Assembly: GCF_014205795.1 (NCBI RefSeq)
Contig: NZ_JACHCN010000003.1
Coordinates: forward strand, 11,198-35,197
Source: Rhodanobacter sp. MP7CTX1
GTDB lineage: Bacteria; Pseudomonadota; Gammaproteobacteria; Xanthomonadales; Rhodanobacteraceae
Direction of reading: 5' to 3'
DNA length: 24,000 bases
In this document: positions 17,231 through 24,000 of the stretch, piece after piece
Layout: every line of letters starts with the position of its first letter
How positions within the stretch are numbered: position 1 is the stretch's first letter
The notes under the pieces: generated by a model
Database searches by the model: none
What the model saw: the letters and a program-made list of their open reading frames with translations, nothing else
Told to the model about the DNA's origin: nothing
Position numbers and translations under genes: made by a program

Positions 17231-17264
17231 GTCTCGCGGAGCGAGACTGGGCGGTGGCCCGCCC
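17231..17264 (-). promoter_or_regulatory. two adjacent perfect GC-rich hairpins in an intergenic region
   Basis: GTCTCGC-GGA-GCGAGAC (17231-17247) and GGGCGG-TGGC-CCGCCC (17249-17264). No U-tract follows on either strand. Confidence 0.35.
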
Positions 17265-17322
17265 CCTGAATCATAAGCAGTTCCAGCCTACTTCGTCCGC
17301 GGGCCCCGATGAACGCCACGCC

Positions 17323-17766
17323 CTAGTAAATCCCATGTGCTGTTCGGTACAACAGGGACTCTACTAGACGGGCACCGCTATCGCTTACAGCTAAGGCCAT
17401 CGGAGTGATGGGAATTTGCTTGGGAATGTAGTTTGCGGGAGTGCGGAGCCACTTCAATGCGGCTTCCTCATTGCAAAACAGTTGCACAGCCTCGGCAAAG
17501 ACACGGGCCAGGCGCACGACACGATCGGATTCGTGTACGGCGAATCGGCTGTTAGAAGCGAGTCGGCGCCGCACTGTACTTTCAGGGACGAGAAGGCCGG
17601 GTGGCAACCTGAGCTTTGCCGTCACGCGCATGTATGTTCGGGCGCTGATACCACTGGAAACCGCACGGACGACATCGGCTTCAGAGTCAAGTTTCAGGTT
17701 AAGCAGCTCGCTCATCCGAGTGAAAATTGGCACCGTTTGGACTGACGGATTGGGAAGATCTCGCAT
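17323..17766 (-). CDS. Xre/MbcA/ParS-type antitoxin-like protein (DUF2384 toxin-binding domain)
   Basis: 147 aa. ESDRVVRLARVFAEAVQLFCNEEAALKWLRTPANYIPKQIPITPMALAVSDSGARLVESLLYRTAHGIY matches the conserved C-terminal domain of RES-associated antitoxins. GAGGAGG lies 7 nt upstream of the ATG. Confidence 0.82.
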   Translation of the reverse strand: MRDLPNPSVQTVPIFTRMSELLNLKLDSEADVVRAVSSGISARTYMRVTAKLRLPPGLLVPESTVRRRLASNSRFAVHESDRVVRLARVFAEAVQLFCNEEAALKWLRTPANYIPKQIPITPMALAVSDSGARLVESLLYRTAHGIY

Positions 17767-17853
17767 GACGTGTCCTCCTCATTGTTCGGTCATCGGTCTT
17801 CTTGAAGGTATCTGCGTTGACGGGGTTGACCCCATTAGGGCGGCTGAATTCGG

Positions 17854-18597
17854 TCACGTCGAAGCGGGACGTCTGTAAAACGGTTCGAGTTGCAGGCCGG
17901 ATATTCCCGCACGATGGGACGGCTCTTGGGGAAGGAAGCAAACTTGAAACATGTTCGAGGTAAGGCCTGCGTCACATGCGATTCGAATGAGTGCGTCCTC
18001 TAGTACAGCCTCGTGCGCCGCATTTACTGCGAGAACAATCTGCGGCGGCACGTCACGATTGGGGTGATGCAATTCGTACATGTAGGCCTCATCAATGTAA
18101 CCGGTGGACACAAACCAGGACGCCAAGGCGTAGGCAACTGGGTAGAGGCTATCGTCAGGCAATCGGAACACCCACGGACTGTCATGCGACGGAAGGCTCC
18201 CGAATTCCGGGTCGGCTGCAGCAAGAGCCTGCAATCGTTTGTACGCGAAATCGCTTATCTCATATTTGACGGGCGAGAGCGGATTGATCACAAAGCGCCG
18301 CTTGTTTGTGCTCAATAACAAACGAAGCATGTGCACCCGGACATAGGTCGCTGGGGAAGGTAAGGCTGGCGGTCCACGAGATGTCGAAGTGAAGAGGGGA
18401 ACAACATGCCGACCATCGGTATACCCCCACTCGACCAGATTGTGTCTGGGGTCTGCCTCGCCTGGACCGGGTGGGCATCTGAGTATGGCAACGATGGTGC
18501 TCGTCGACAGCTGGTCGAGGAAATCCAACTCACCATTCTCACTTAAAAATCCAGCATCTATCTGTTCGCCCAATGGGTCATGGTGCTCATCTGACAT
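17854..18597 (-). CDS. SseB-family protein
   Basis: 247 aa. WGYTDGRHVVPLFTS...FVINPLSP...E parallels E. coli SseB (W..DG..VIPFFTS...). The C-terminal ISGLQLEPFYRRP parallels HIAPFYERR. AGGAG RBS lies 6 nt upstream of the ATG at 18597. Confidence 0.68.
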   Translation of the reverse strand: MSDEHHDPLGEQIDAGFLSENGELDFLDQLSTSTIVAILRCPPGPGEADPRHNLVEWGYTDGRHVVPLFTSTSRGPPALPSPATYVRVHMLRLLLSTNKRRFVINPLSPVKYEISDFAYKRLQALAAADPEFGSLPSHDSPWVFRLPDDSLYPVAYALASWFVSTGYIDEAYMYELHHPNRDVPPQIVLAVNAAHEAVLEDALIRIACDAGLTSNMFQVCFLPQEPSHRAGISGLQLEPFYRRPAST

Positions 18598-18896
18598 CGT
18601 CTTCTCCTTTTCTAGTCCGCACGCCGCGAGAATTTCTGCTTCTTAGCCACTACGCGAACCAAAACCGTTCAAGGGTGATTTCTCCACTCTGCTGTCACCG
18701 CGGATCGGCCGGCTAAAGCCCGTTCTGAAGCCGTTTCGGACTTGTCTTTCGTATCGTGTATATCACACGGAAAAACAATGACTTACGCTTGACTTGGCAG
18801 TGCGAATATGCCAGTTTTTGCCCGTGAGTACACCCCGGATCGCCGTCAGAGGGATGGGCTCCCGCGTCGTCTGCCCGTACCCCGGCGAGTGGGCTT

Positions 18897-18916
18897 AATC
18901 CGGACCAATCCGGACT
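18897..18916. repeat. tandem 10-bp direct repeat AATCCGGAC(C/T) x2
   Basis: AATCCGGACC AATCCGGACT lies immediately upstream of the RBS/start of the AlpA-like gene. Confidence 0.3.
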
Positions 18917-18930
18917 GAGAGGCGTTGGTC

Positions 18931-19197
18931 ATGGGCGATAACCCCCAATCCCGAGTGGACCTTGAGCTGTACCTGCCCAGGACACCGGTTATAAGCGGCG
19001 CAGAGACTGCCCGCATCATGGGGTTTTCCACTACCGAAGCCCTTTACAAGGCACGGCAAGCCGGACGGCTGCCGATCGACCTGTTTCGCTTACCTGGACG
19101 ACGAGGCTGGTTTGCGGCTACTCCCGCTGTGAGAGAGTGGTTGCACGGAGTCATGTCCGAAGGGGGCGTCGGTACCAACCCAGGAGACAGGAGATGA
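18931..19197 (+). CDS. AlpA/excisionase-type helix-turn-helix DNA-binding protein
   Basis: 88 aa. VISGAETARIMGFSTTEALYKARQAGRLPIDLFRLPGRRGWFATPAVREWL fits the HTH_17/excisionase pattern. ATG 18931 preferred over the track TTG at 18925. Confidence 0.68.
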   Translation: MGDNPQSRVDLELYLPRTPVISGAETARIMGFSTTEALYKARQAGRLPIDLFRLPGRRGWFAATPAVREWLHGVMSEGGVGTNPGDRR

Positions 19198-19340
19198 CTA
19201 TGAGCGAATAGCCCACTTGGCGGGCTATAAAAGTTCGAGCCCCGCGTGGCAAGACGCAGGGCTCGGATACGAAGGCGAAGCTTTTGAGAATCGCGCTTCT
19301 CCTTCCTTATAGTGCCGCCCCCAGAGCACGTCAAGCGATT

Positions 19341-19357
19341 TCACCGCATAGCGGTGA
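19341..19357. promoter_or_regulatory. perfect inverted repeat TCACCGC-ATA-GCGGTGA upstream of the transposase gene
   Basis: 7-bp arms and a 3-nt spacer, 83 bp upstream of the ATG at 19440. Possible operator. Confidence 0.35.
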
Positions 19358-19439
19358 TGAGTTGATCCCGCGTGTTCGGATTTCCGGCGACCCTGCCAGG
19401 CCGTCTAGGTCCTTGCGCGCCCAGCGAGGAGGCACACCC

Positions 19440-21842
19440 ATGTTTAGTGATGCTCAGCGAAGCCTTTACTACCAAGCACGAGGTCTACATTCCACCGCCC
19501 TGCGCGAAGTCGAGGAGATGAGGGTGAACAGCCCGGCGCGAGAACCCAGTCAACGTGGCCTCACGAACACCATTGTCGACTTCCACTCAACGATGAGCGA
19601 CCGGCGGTGGTTGTTGGAGAGCTATACCGGCGAATTTCTCTTCGCGCTCTATCTAGAGGTGTTCAGTGGCTGCGACGAGTACTACGCTCAGGTGCGGCCG
19701 AAGAACGTGGTTCGCAATAGGCGGACGAGCTCGCTCACCGTCGACTTCATGGTGTTTGATCGGGCGGGAATCCGGCTCGTTGAAGTAAAGCCGCAAAGCC
19801 GACTGGAAGCGCTGGGTACTTCGAACCCCGAAGAGTGGGTATGCCACGCGGGGCGCTGGACGAGGCCGCCGGTGGAAGCGTGGGCAAGCGATCGAGGTCT
19901 GACCTACACCATCTGGTCCCCACCGGAACCTCACGGCATTTGTCAGGTAAACCTACTGTCTCTTTACGGAGTGGTGGCCGATACAGCGGCTCGAGAAGCC
20001 GAAATGAAGTGCGTTCGGCGCTTACGCAGGTTATTGCAGAAAGGCCCCCTAACCATATGCGACGCACTCGATAGGGTCTCTGGCCTCTCTGGAGTGCACG
20101 TACTCGCTGCGCTGGCAAAGGGATACATCTTCGGTCCTTTGCAGTCGGTTCCTCTCGACGAGGCTGGCCGCTTCACGCTTTTCGGCGTCAAAGCGCAGGC
20201 GGTCGAGTGCGATGAGCGACTGCTGAGTCAGCTGAAGGCGCATGTCAGCCAGCCCAACGTCGGCTCGAAGCTTATGCTGGCGAGCCCCAAGGACTACGCC
20301 AGCGCCCAACTTCGCCTAGCAAAGGTGAATCGAATCTTGGCGGGTGAGGTGCCCGCGACTCGACGATATGCTCCTTTGGTCCGCATCGTGTGCCAAGCGC
20401 GATCAGACGGACAGAGCGAGCTCGAAGTCTGCCTGACGCGCTACGCGAACTCGGGTCGACGCATAGGTCAGTTGACGGGCGATCAAGAGCGCGAAATGGC
20501 CGCGGCAATTGACGCGTATCGGAAGAATCCTGATATTCGCAACAAGCTCCAAGCCCATGACTATTTGGTAAAAGCCTGCGATCTTAAGGGCATTCGTCCT
20601 CCGGGCCGTGCGACTTTCAACGCTCGCCTTCGTCAGTCGAGCGACTTGGTGCGCGCTTATACCGAAGGAGGCTACAGGGGCTACCACGCCGCGGAGTGTG
20701 TATCAGACCCTGGTAATAGAACACTGCGTTGCAACGTGCCGGGCCTGATGGTGCACATCGACTCCACGAAGTTCGATTTGCGCTGTACTCCCGATTTCCT
20801 GGGTGCCTTGGAGTTCGACTGTCCGACACTCTACGTGGCCATGGATTCGGCTGCAGCTAAGCCGTTGGGCTACGCCGTATTGTTTGGTCCGGCGTGCCGC
20901 AACGCGTTAGCTGTGCTCATTCGCGACATCTTTCACAGGCAAGGTTTTTTGCCTCGTTACTGGATCGCTGATGGTGGCGCGGAATATGTCGGCCCCTGGT
21001 TTGCAGAAGCGTGTTCGTTTTTTGGCGCTACCCGCATACAGCCACCTCCGGGTACTCCCCGCAGGAACTCGCTTGCAGAAAACGCCCTAGGTCGAATCAA
21101 CGCCGAACTCGCGCATCGCTTCTTGGGTAGCACCGCGCCGGATCAAAAGGGACGCTCGGTCACTTCACGCCAAAAGAGCTACGCCACAGCCTGCCATCGT
21201 TACTCGACGATCGCAGAACACCTTGAGAAATATCTCTTCGAAGATGTCCCCGAGACACCACTGTTGTCTACGCGGTTCAGCCCTCAGGAAAGGAACGATG
21301 AGCTTACCGCCCTCTATGGCAATGCTGGTGCAGTAAGGATTCGGAATCTGGATGAGTTCCTGATCGTAACCTCGGTTCCTCTCGGTCGAGGAGTCACCGC
21401 CGATCCTCGTCGTGGGATCCGTTATCTCCAACGAACCTACGCCAGCGCTGACCTCATGCAACTCCTTCGCTTTCATAAGCCGATCGACATACGGTTGGAT
21501 TGTGTGGATCCGCACCGAATGTACGTGCGATTTCCATCGAAGTGGGTGCTCGCAATGACCAGCCAAAGCTTGCAAACCGGTGGTAGGGATACCGCGACCA
21601 AACTTTTCGAATCCATCATGGATAGCAAGCTGAGAAGCGAAGGGGCGCAGAAACGCGACGAACTTCGGAGAAAACGCGCAGAGCGCATTGCCGAAGCAAA
21701 CCTAGCAGCCAAGACGGCGGACCACCTCACATACATGCTTAAGCCTGCGAAAGATGCGCCACCGAAGACTAAGAAAACACGCATCTGGAGTGATCTCAAA
21801 AGCCCAATTGCCCCCTTCACCACCGGACAGGGTGACCTATGA
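19440..21842 (+). CDS. fused TnsA-like endonuclease / TnsB(TniA)-like DDE transposase
   Basis: 800 aa from ATG 19440, with GAGGAGG 7 nt upstream. The N-terminal part, LESYTGEF...LTVDFMVFDRAGIRLVEVKPQ, has the E/D/K pattern of the TnsA restriction-endonuclease-like fold. The C-terminal part has an rve-type triad: HIDSTKFD (D, nt 20760-20762), WIADGGAEYVG and NSLAENALGR. It also has the Mu/TnsB-type motif RRGIRYLQRTYAS. Confidence 0.82.
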   Translation: MFSDAQRSLYYQARGLHSTALREVEEMRVNSPAREPSQRGLTNTIVDFHSTMSDRRWLLESYTGEFLFALYLEVFSGCDEYYAQVRPKNVVRNRRTSSLTVDFMVFDRAGIRLVEVKPQSRLEALGTSNPEEWVCHAGRWTRPPVEAWASDRGLTYTIWSPPEPHGICQVNLLSLYGVVADTAAREAEMKCVRRLRRLLQKGPLTICDALDRVSGLSGVHVLAALAKGYIFGPLQSVPLDEAGRFTLFGVKAQAVECDERLLSQLKAHVSQPNVGSKLMLASPKDYASAQLRLAKVNRILAGEVPATRRYAPLVRIVCQARSDGQSELEVCLTRYANSGRRIGQLTGDQEREMAAAIDAYRKNPDIRNKLQAHDYLVKACDLKGIRPPGRATFNARLRQSSDLVRAYTEGGYRGYHAAECVSDPGNRTLRCNVPGLMVHIDSTKFDLRCTPDFLGALEFDCPTLYVAMDSAAAKPLGYAVLFGPACRNALAVLIRDIFHRQGFLPRYWIADGGAEYVGPWFAEACSFFGATRIQPPPGTPRRNSLAENALGRINAELAHRFLGSTAPDQKGRSVTSRQKSYATACHRYSTIAEHLEKYLFEDVPETPLLSTRFSPQERNDELTALYGNAGAVRIRNLDEFLIVTSVPLGRGVTADPRRGIRYLQRTYASADLMQLLRFHKPIDIRLDCVDPHRMYVRFPSKWVLAMTSQSLQTGGRDTATKLFESIMDSKLRSEGAQKRDELRRKRAERIAEANLAAKTADHLTYMLKPAKDAPPKTKKTRIWSDLKSPIAPFTTGQGDL

Positions 21843-22825
21843 ACCGCCAGCCTATTATTCCCCATCCTGCCTTTGTCCGAGCGCGGGACGCCTTAGTGCG
21901 GGCCCTGGACACGGACCAGCGCGGGCAAATTATCTTTGTCATCGGTCTGTCGGGATCGGGCAAGTCTGAAATTCGCTATGAGGCGATGCAGGCGTTTGCC
22001 GGAGCGCTGGATCAGTGGCCAGACGGTCAGATGCCCGCGATTGCGCTGCGAGCAGCGCCGACTGATCGATCCCGCTTTAGTCCGAAGGAGTTTATGACTC
22101 GCTTTTACCTTGAACTGCATGAACCCGATCTTCGCTGGCTCACTGGACGAAATGTGATCAACGATCCGGATTTGGTGCATCGCAGGGCGGACGCTCGCCT
22201 GTCAGATGCATTTTGGATCGATATGCGGCGTCGCACGACCGAGCACCAGCTGCGTACTTATGTGGAGCGCATGATTCCTGCCCGAGGTGTACGAGGCGTC
22301 TTTGTTGAGGAGGCCGCCTCGCTTACCTACACGCATACGTCAAAGGATCCTGAAAATCACATGGTGAACTACATGTGTCTAGCCGAAGAGATTGGCATCA
22401 CTTTGGTGCTGTTCGGCGTTCCTCGTGCAGCGAAACTCTGGGAGGGAAACGCGGAGATCCTTCGGCGCTCAAGATTTGTTTATGTTGAGCGCTATCGCTT
22501 GAAAAATGCGGAAGATTGCGTGAATTTTGAACGATTGGCTGTGAGCCTCGCTCAGCGCTTTACCTTCTCTCGTCGGAACCTTCTACGTCGAAACTTCGAC
22601 CTTGCCTACGTGTCGAGCGCTGGAGTTTGCGGCGAGCTGAAGAGCTACCTGTTGCGCGCCGACGACTTGCGCGCGAGCGATGGCGCGGAATCCATCACTC
22701 TGGTCCATCTTGAAGGGGCCGTCCAGCCAGAGGCCGTGCTGAAGACGCTTCACGCGGACGCGGTAGAGTTTGATGTTCTCCGAACGCCGGCGAATTCGAG
22801 CACCATAAAGAGGATTCTCAAATGA
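21839..22825 (+). CDS. TniB/TnsC-like AAA+ ATPase
   Basis: 328 aa. Walker A GLSGSGKS (nt 21944-21967) and a Walker B-like GVFVEEA. ATGA overlap with the upstream transposase stop. Confidence 0.78.
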   Translation: MNRQPIIPHPAFVRARDALVRALDTDQRGQIIFVIGLSGSGKSEIRYEAMQAFAGALDQWPDGQMPAIALRAAPTDRSRFSPKEFMTRFYLELHEPDLRWLTGRNVINDPDLVHRRADARLSDAFWIDMRRRTTEHQLRTYVERMIPARGVRGVFVEEAASLTYTHTSKDPENHMVNYMCLAEEIGITLVLFGVPRAAKLWEGNAEILRRSRFVYVERYRLKNAEDCVNFERLAVSLAQRFTFSRRNLLRRNFDLAYVSSAGVCGELKSYLLRADDLRASDGAESITLVHLEGAVQPEAVLKTLHADAVEFDVLRTPANSSTIKRILK

Positions 22826-24000
22826 ATTCTCAGCGCTCCATCGCTAAGAGTGATCTGAAAGCTCGATGGACCGTTCTCCCTCCCCTGAAGTTAAAAGGCG
22901 TGGGTACTTCGCTCGTGGAATCGGTGCCTAGCTACGTGGCTCGCATGCTCTGGACGACGGGCGTTCCTTTGAACCACCTCGTAAGATGCGTGGCTCGTCG
23001 TGCTATTCCTGGCTCAGGAAGTTCAACCACGTTTATGGTCTCGGAGGCACTCAACACGATTGCGATATCTCGTGTCGAGGAGCTCGAATCCCTCAGTGGG
23101 GAAAAGGATCTGCGTTGCGGCTCTCTTTGGGCGCTATCAGAGATCATGTCCTATAAAACCAATGTCTATGGCGAGTACAAGCGACGATGGTGTCCTCAAT
23201 GCTACGAGGACTGGGACAGCAATTCCTATGAGCCTCTCGTTTGGCGAGTCGACCTCTTAGGCGTCTGTCCACGGCACCAATGTCGCATGGAATGCACCTG
23301 TCCGAAGTGTGGAAAATTTCAGCGCGATACCTACCAACTCGACCTTCGTCGGACTTGTTGGGCATGTGGCACCTCTCTCTCTACAGGCGCGATATGGCCG
23401 AAACGTCCGGACTTCGCCCATTGGGTCGATGAGCAGATCATGCAGCTGATCGAGTTTTGCGCGACGCCTCGTGCCGTGCCAGCGCCATTGTCGATCTATA
23501 CCGATTTCGCGATGGGCCTGTGCATCAACGCCAAAAGGAGCGGCCGGAGGGACACAGTGATGCGGCTCATACTCAAGGACATCGAGCGGCACGCACGGCG
23601 AAACTCGCGGCGACCAACCTTACGTTCATTGCTCAACGTTTGCGCATTACAGGGTATATCTGTGCAGGAGCTTTTATGCGCTCCGAGGCAGGTGTCTGGG
23701 CCGCTGCTCTTTGATCAGTGGCCCGGTATGAGCTACTTGCCCCTGCCTTCTGCTGTTCACGCGCAAAGAATTCATGCTGCGTCTCGGTATCTAGAGGACT
23801 TTCTCGCGCTAGATCCTCCCTTTCTTCCTCCCATGAACATCCTGCTTCTTTGTTTTCACATCCAGCTTCTCGCACTAAAAGATGTCGCAGCCGATATCTT
23901 TCATGCTTATGAAGAACGCTACCTCAGCCAAGGTTCTCGCTCACGGCTGGCGTGTTTGCGAAGTTCGTTCCTATGCGCGCGGAGGGTGCTTATTCATCCC
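22822..24000 (+). CDS. TniQ/TnsD-family target-selection protein (3' end outside window)
   Basis: The frame is open from ATG 22822 to the window end (393 codons, translated by hand, absent from the ORF track). N-terminal LVESVPSYVARMLWTTGVPLNHL is TniQ-like. A Cys/His zinc-finger cluster reads WCPQCYEDW...GVCPRHQC...CPKCGKF...CWACG. ATGA overlap with the tniB stop. Confidence 0.78.
   Translation, partial: MNSQRSIAKSDLKARWTVLPPLKLKGVGTSLVESVPSYVARMLWTTGVPLNHLVRCVARRAIPGSGSSTTFMVSEALNTIAISRVEELESLSGEKDLRCGSLWALSEIMSYKTNVYGEYKRRWCPQCYEDWDSNSYEPLVWRVDLLGVCPRHQCRMECTCPKCGKFQRDTYQLDLRRTCWACGTSLSTGAIWPKRPDFAHWVDEQIMQLIEFCATPRAVPAPLSIYTDFAMGLCINAKRSGRRDTVMRLILKDIERHARRNSRRPTLRSLLNVCALQGISVQELLCAPRQVSGPLLFDQWPGMSYLPLPSAVHAQRIHAASRYLEDFLALDPPFLPPMNILLLCFHIQLLALKDVAADIFHAYEERYLSQGSRSRLACLRSSFLCARRVLIHP

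Larger units (their letters stand above)
19440..24000 (+). mobile_element. Tn7-like transposon, core transposition module (ends not identified, continues beyond window)
   Basis: tnsA::tnsB - tniB - tniQ in the canonical order with translationally coupled junctions. The tnsA-proximal end is expected somewhere in 18600-19440, but I could not define it. Confidence 0.7.

Noticed and set aside
18693-18770. Possible Tn7-like terminus (TGTCACCGCGG... or TGTCTTTCGTATCGTGTATATCACACG with CGTGT/ACACG arms).
   Set aside because: Several TGT-initiated candidates exist. There is no clear array of repeated 20-bp transposase-binding sites, and the other end lies outside the window, so no end can be called.
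18795-18812. A sigma-54-like TGGCA...TGC motif (TTGGCAGTGCGAATATGCC), plus a nearby TTGACT -35-like box.
   Set aside because: The GG-to-GC spacing is 2 nt too long for a -24/-12 promoter, and no acceptable -10 lies at 16-18 bp from the TTGACT.
19284-19439. The TTG-initiated 52-codon extension of the transposase ORF.
   Set aside because: There is no RBS. The strong GAGGAGG sits just upstream of ATG 19440, and the extension overlaps the palindromic operator-like site.
1-24000. Search for CRISPR arrays, tRNA/rRNA genes, reverse transcriptase/retron or DGR signatures, and integrase genes.
   Set aside because: No regularly spaced repeats, no cloverleaf-like or rRNA-like sequence, and no RT (YxDD) or tyrosine/serine recombinase ORF were seen by eye. 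tRNA scanning by eye is unreliable and should be repeated with tRNAscan-SE/ARAGORN.

Overview
GC-rich bacterial chromosome segment. It may be Burkholderiaceae-like, judged only from an IS407-group IS3 element and codon style. Positions 1-5.0 kb hold ordinary metabolic genes: a YWTD beta-propeller protein (5' partial), a KGSADH-like aldehyde dehydrogenase, a crotonase and a VOC/glyoxalase protein. This part also holds two decayed genes, a crotonase paralog relic and a truncated, frameshifted AhpD/CMD-like gene. From about 5.04 kb the sequence becomes visibly more AT-rich and the content switches to an accessory conflict island. The island contains four proteins with HEPN-type Rx4-6H motifs. It has two divergent copies of a ~200-aa protein with a conserved Cys...His...Asp pattern, each directly upstream of a HEPN gene and in opposite orientations. 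An intact IS407-like IS with a 4-bp target duplication splits one of those HEPN genes. There is a full KAP P-loop NTPase followed by a 505-aa HEPN-like partner, plus a separate KAP gene fragment. There is also an SseB-like / ParS(MbcA)-type antitoxin / multi-TM protein operon with no RES toxin. Positions 18.9-24 kb carry the transposition module of a Tn7-like element: an AlpA-like HTH, a fused TnsA-TnsB, TniB and TniQ, the last running off the window. No rRNA, tRNA or CRISPR array was recognised. The best candidates for undescribed systems are the KAP+HEPN-like pair, the repeated Cys-His-Asp+HEPN cassette, and the toxin-less ParS-like operon. All functional calls rest on motif reading by eye, with no database search.
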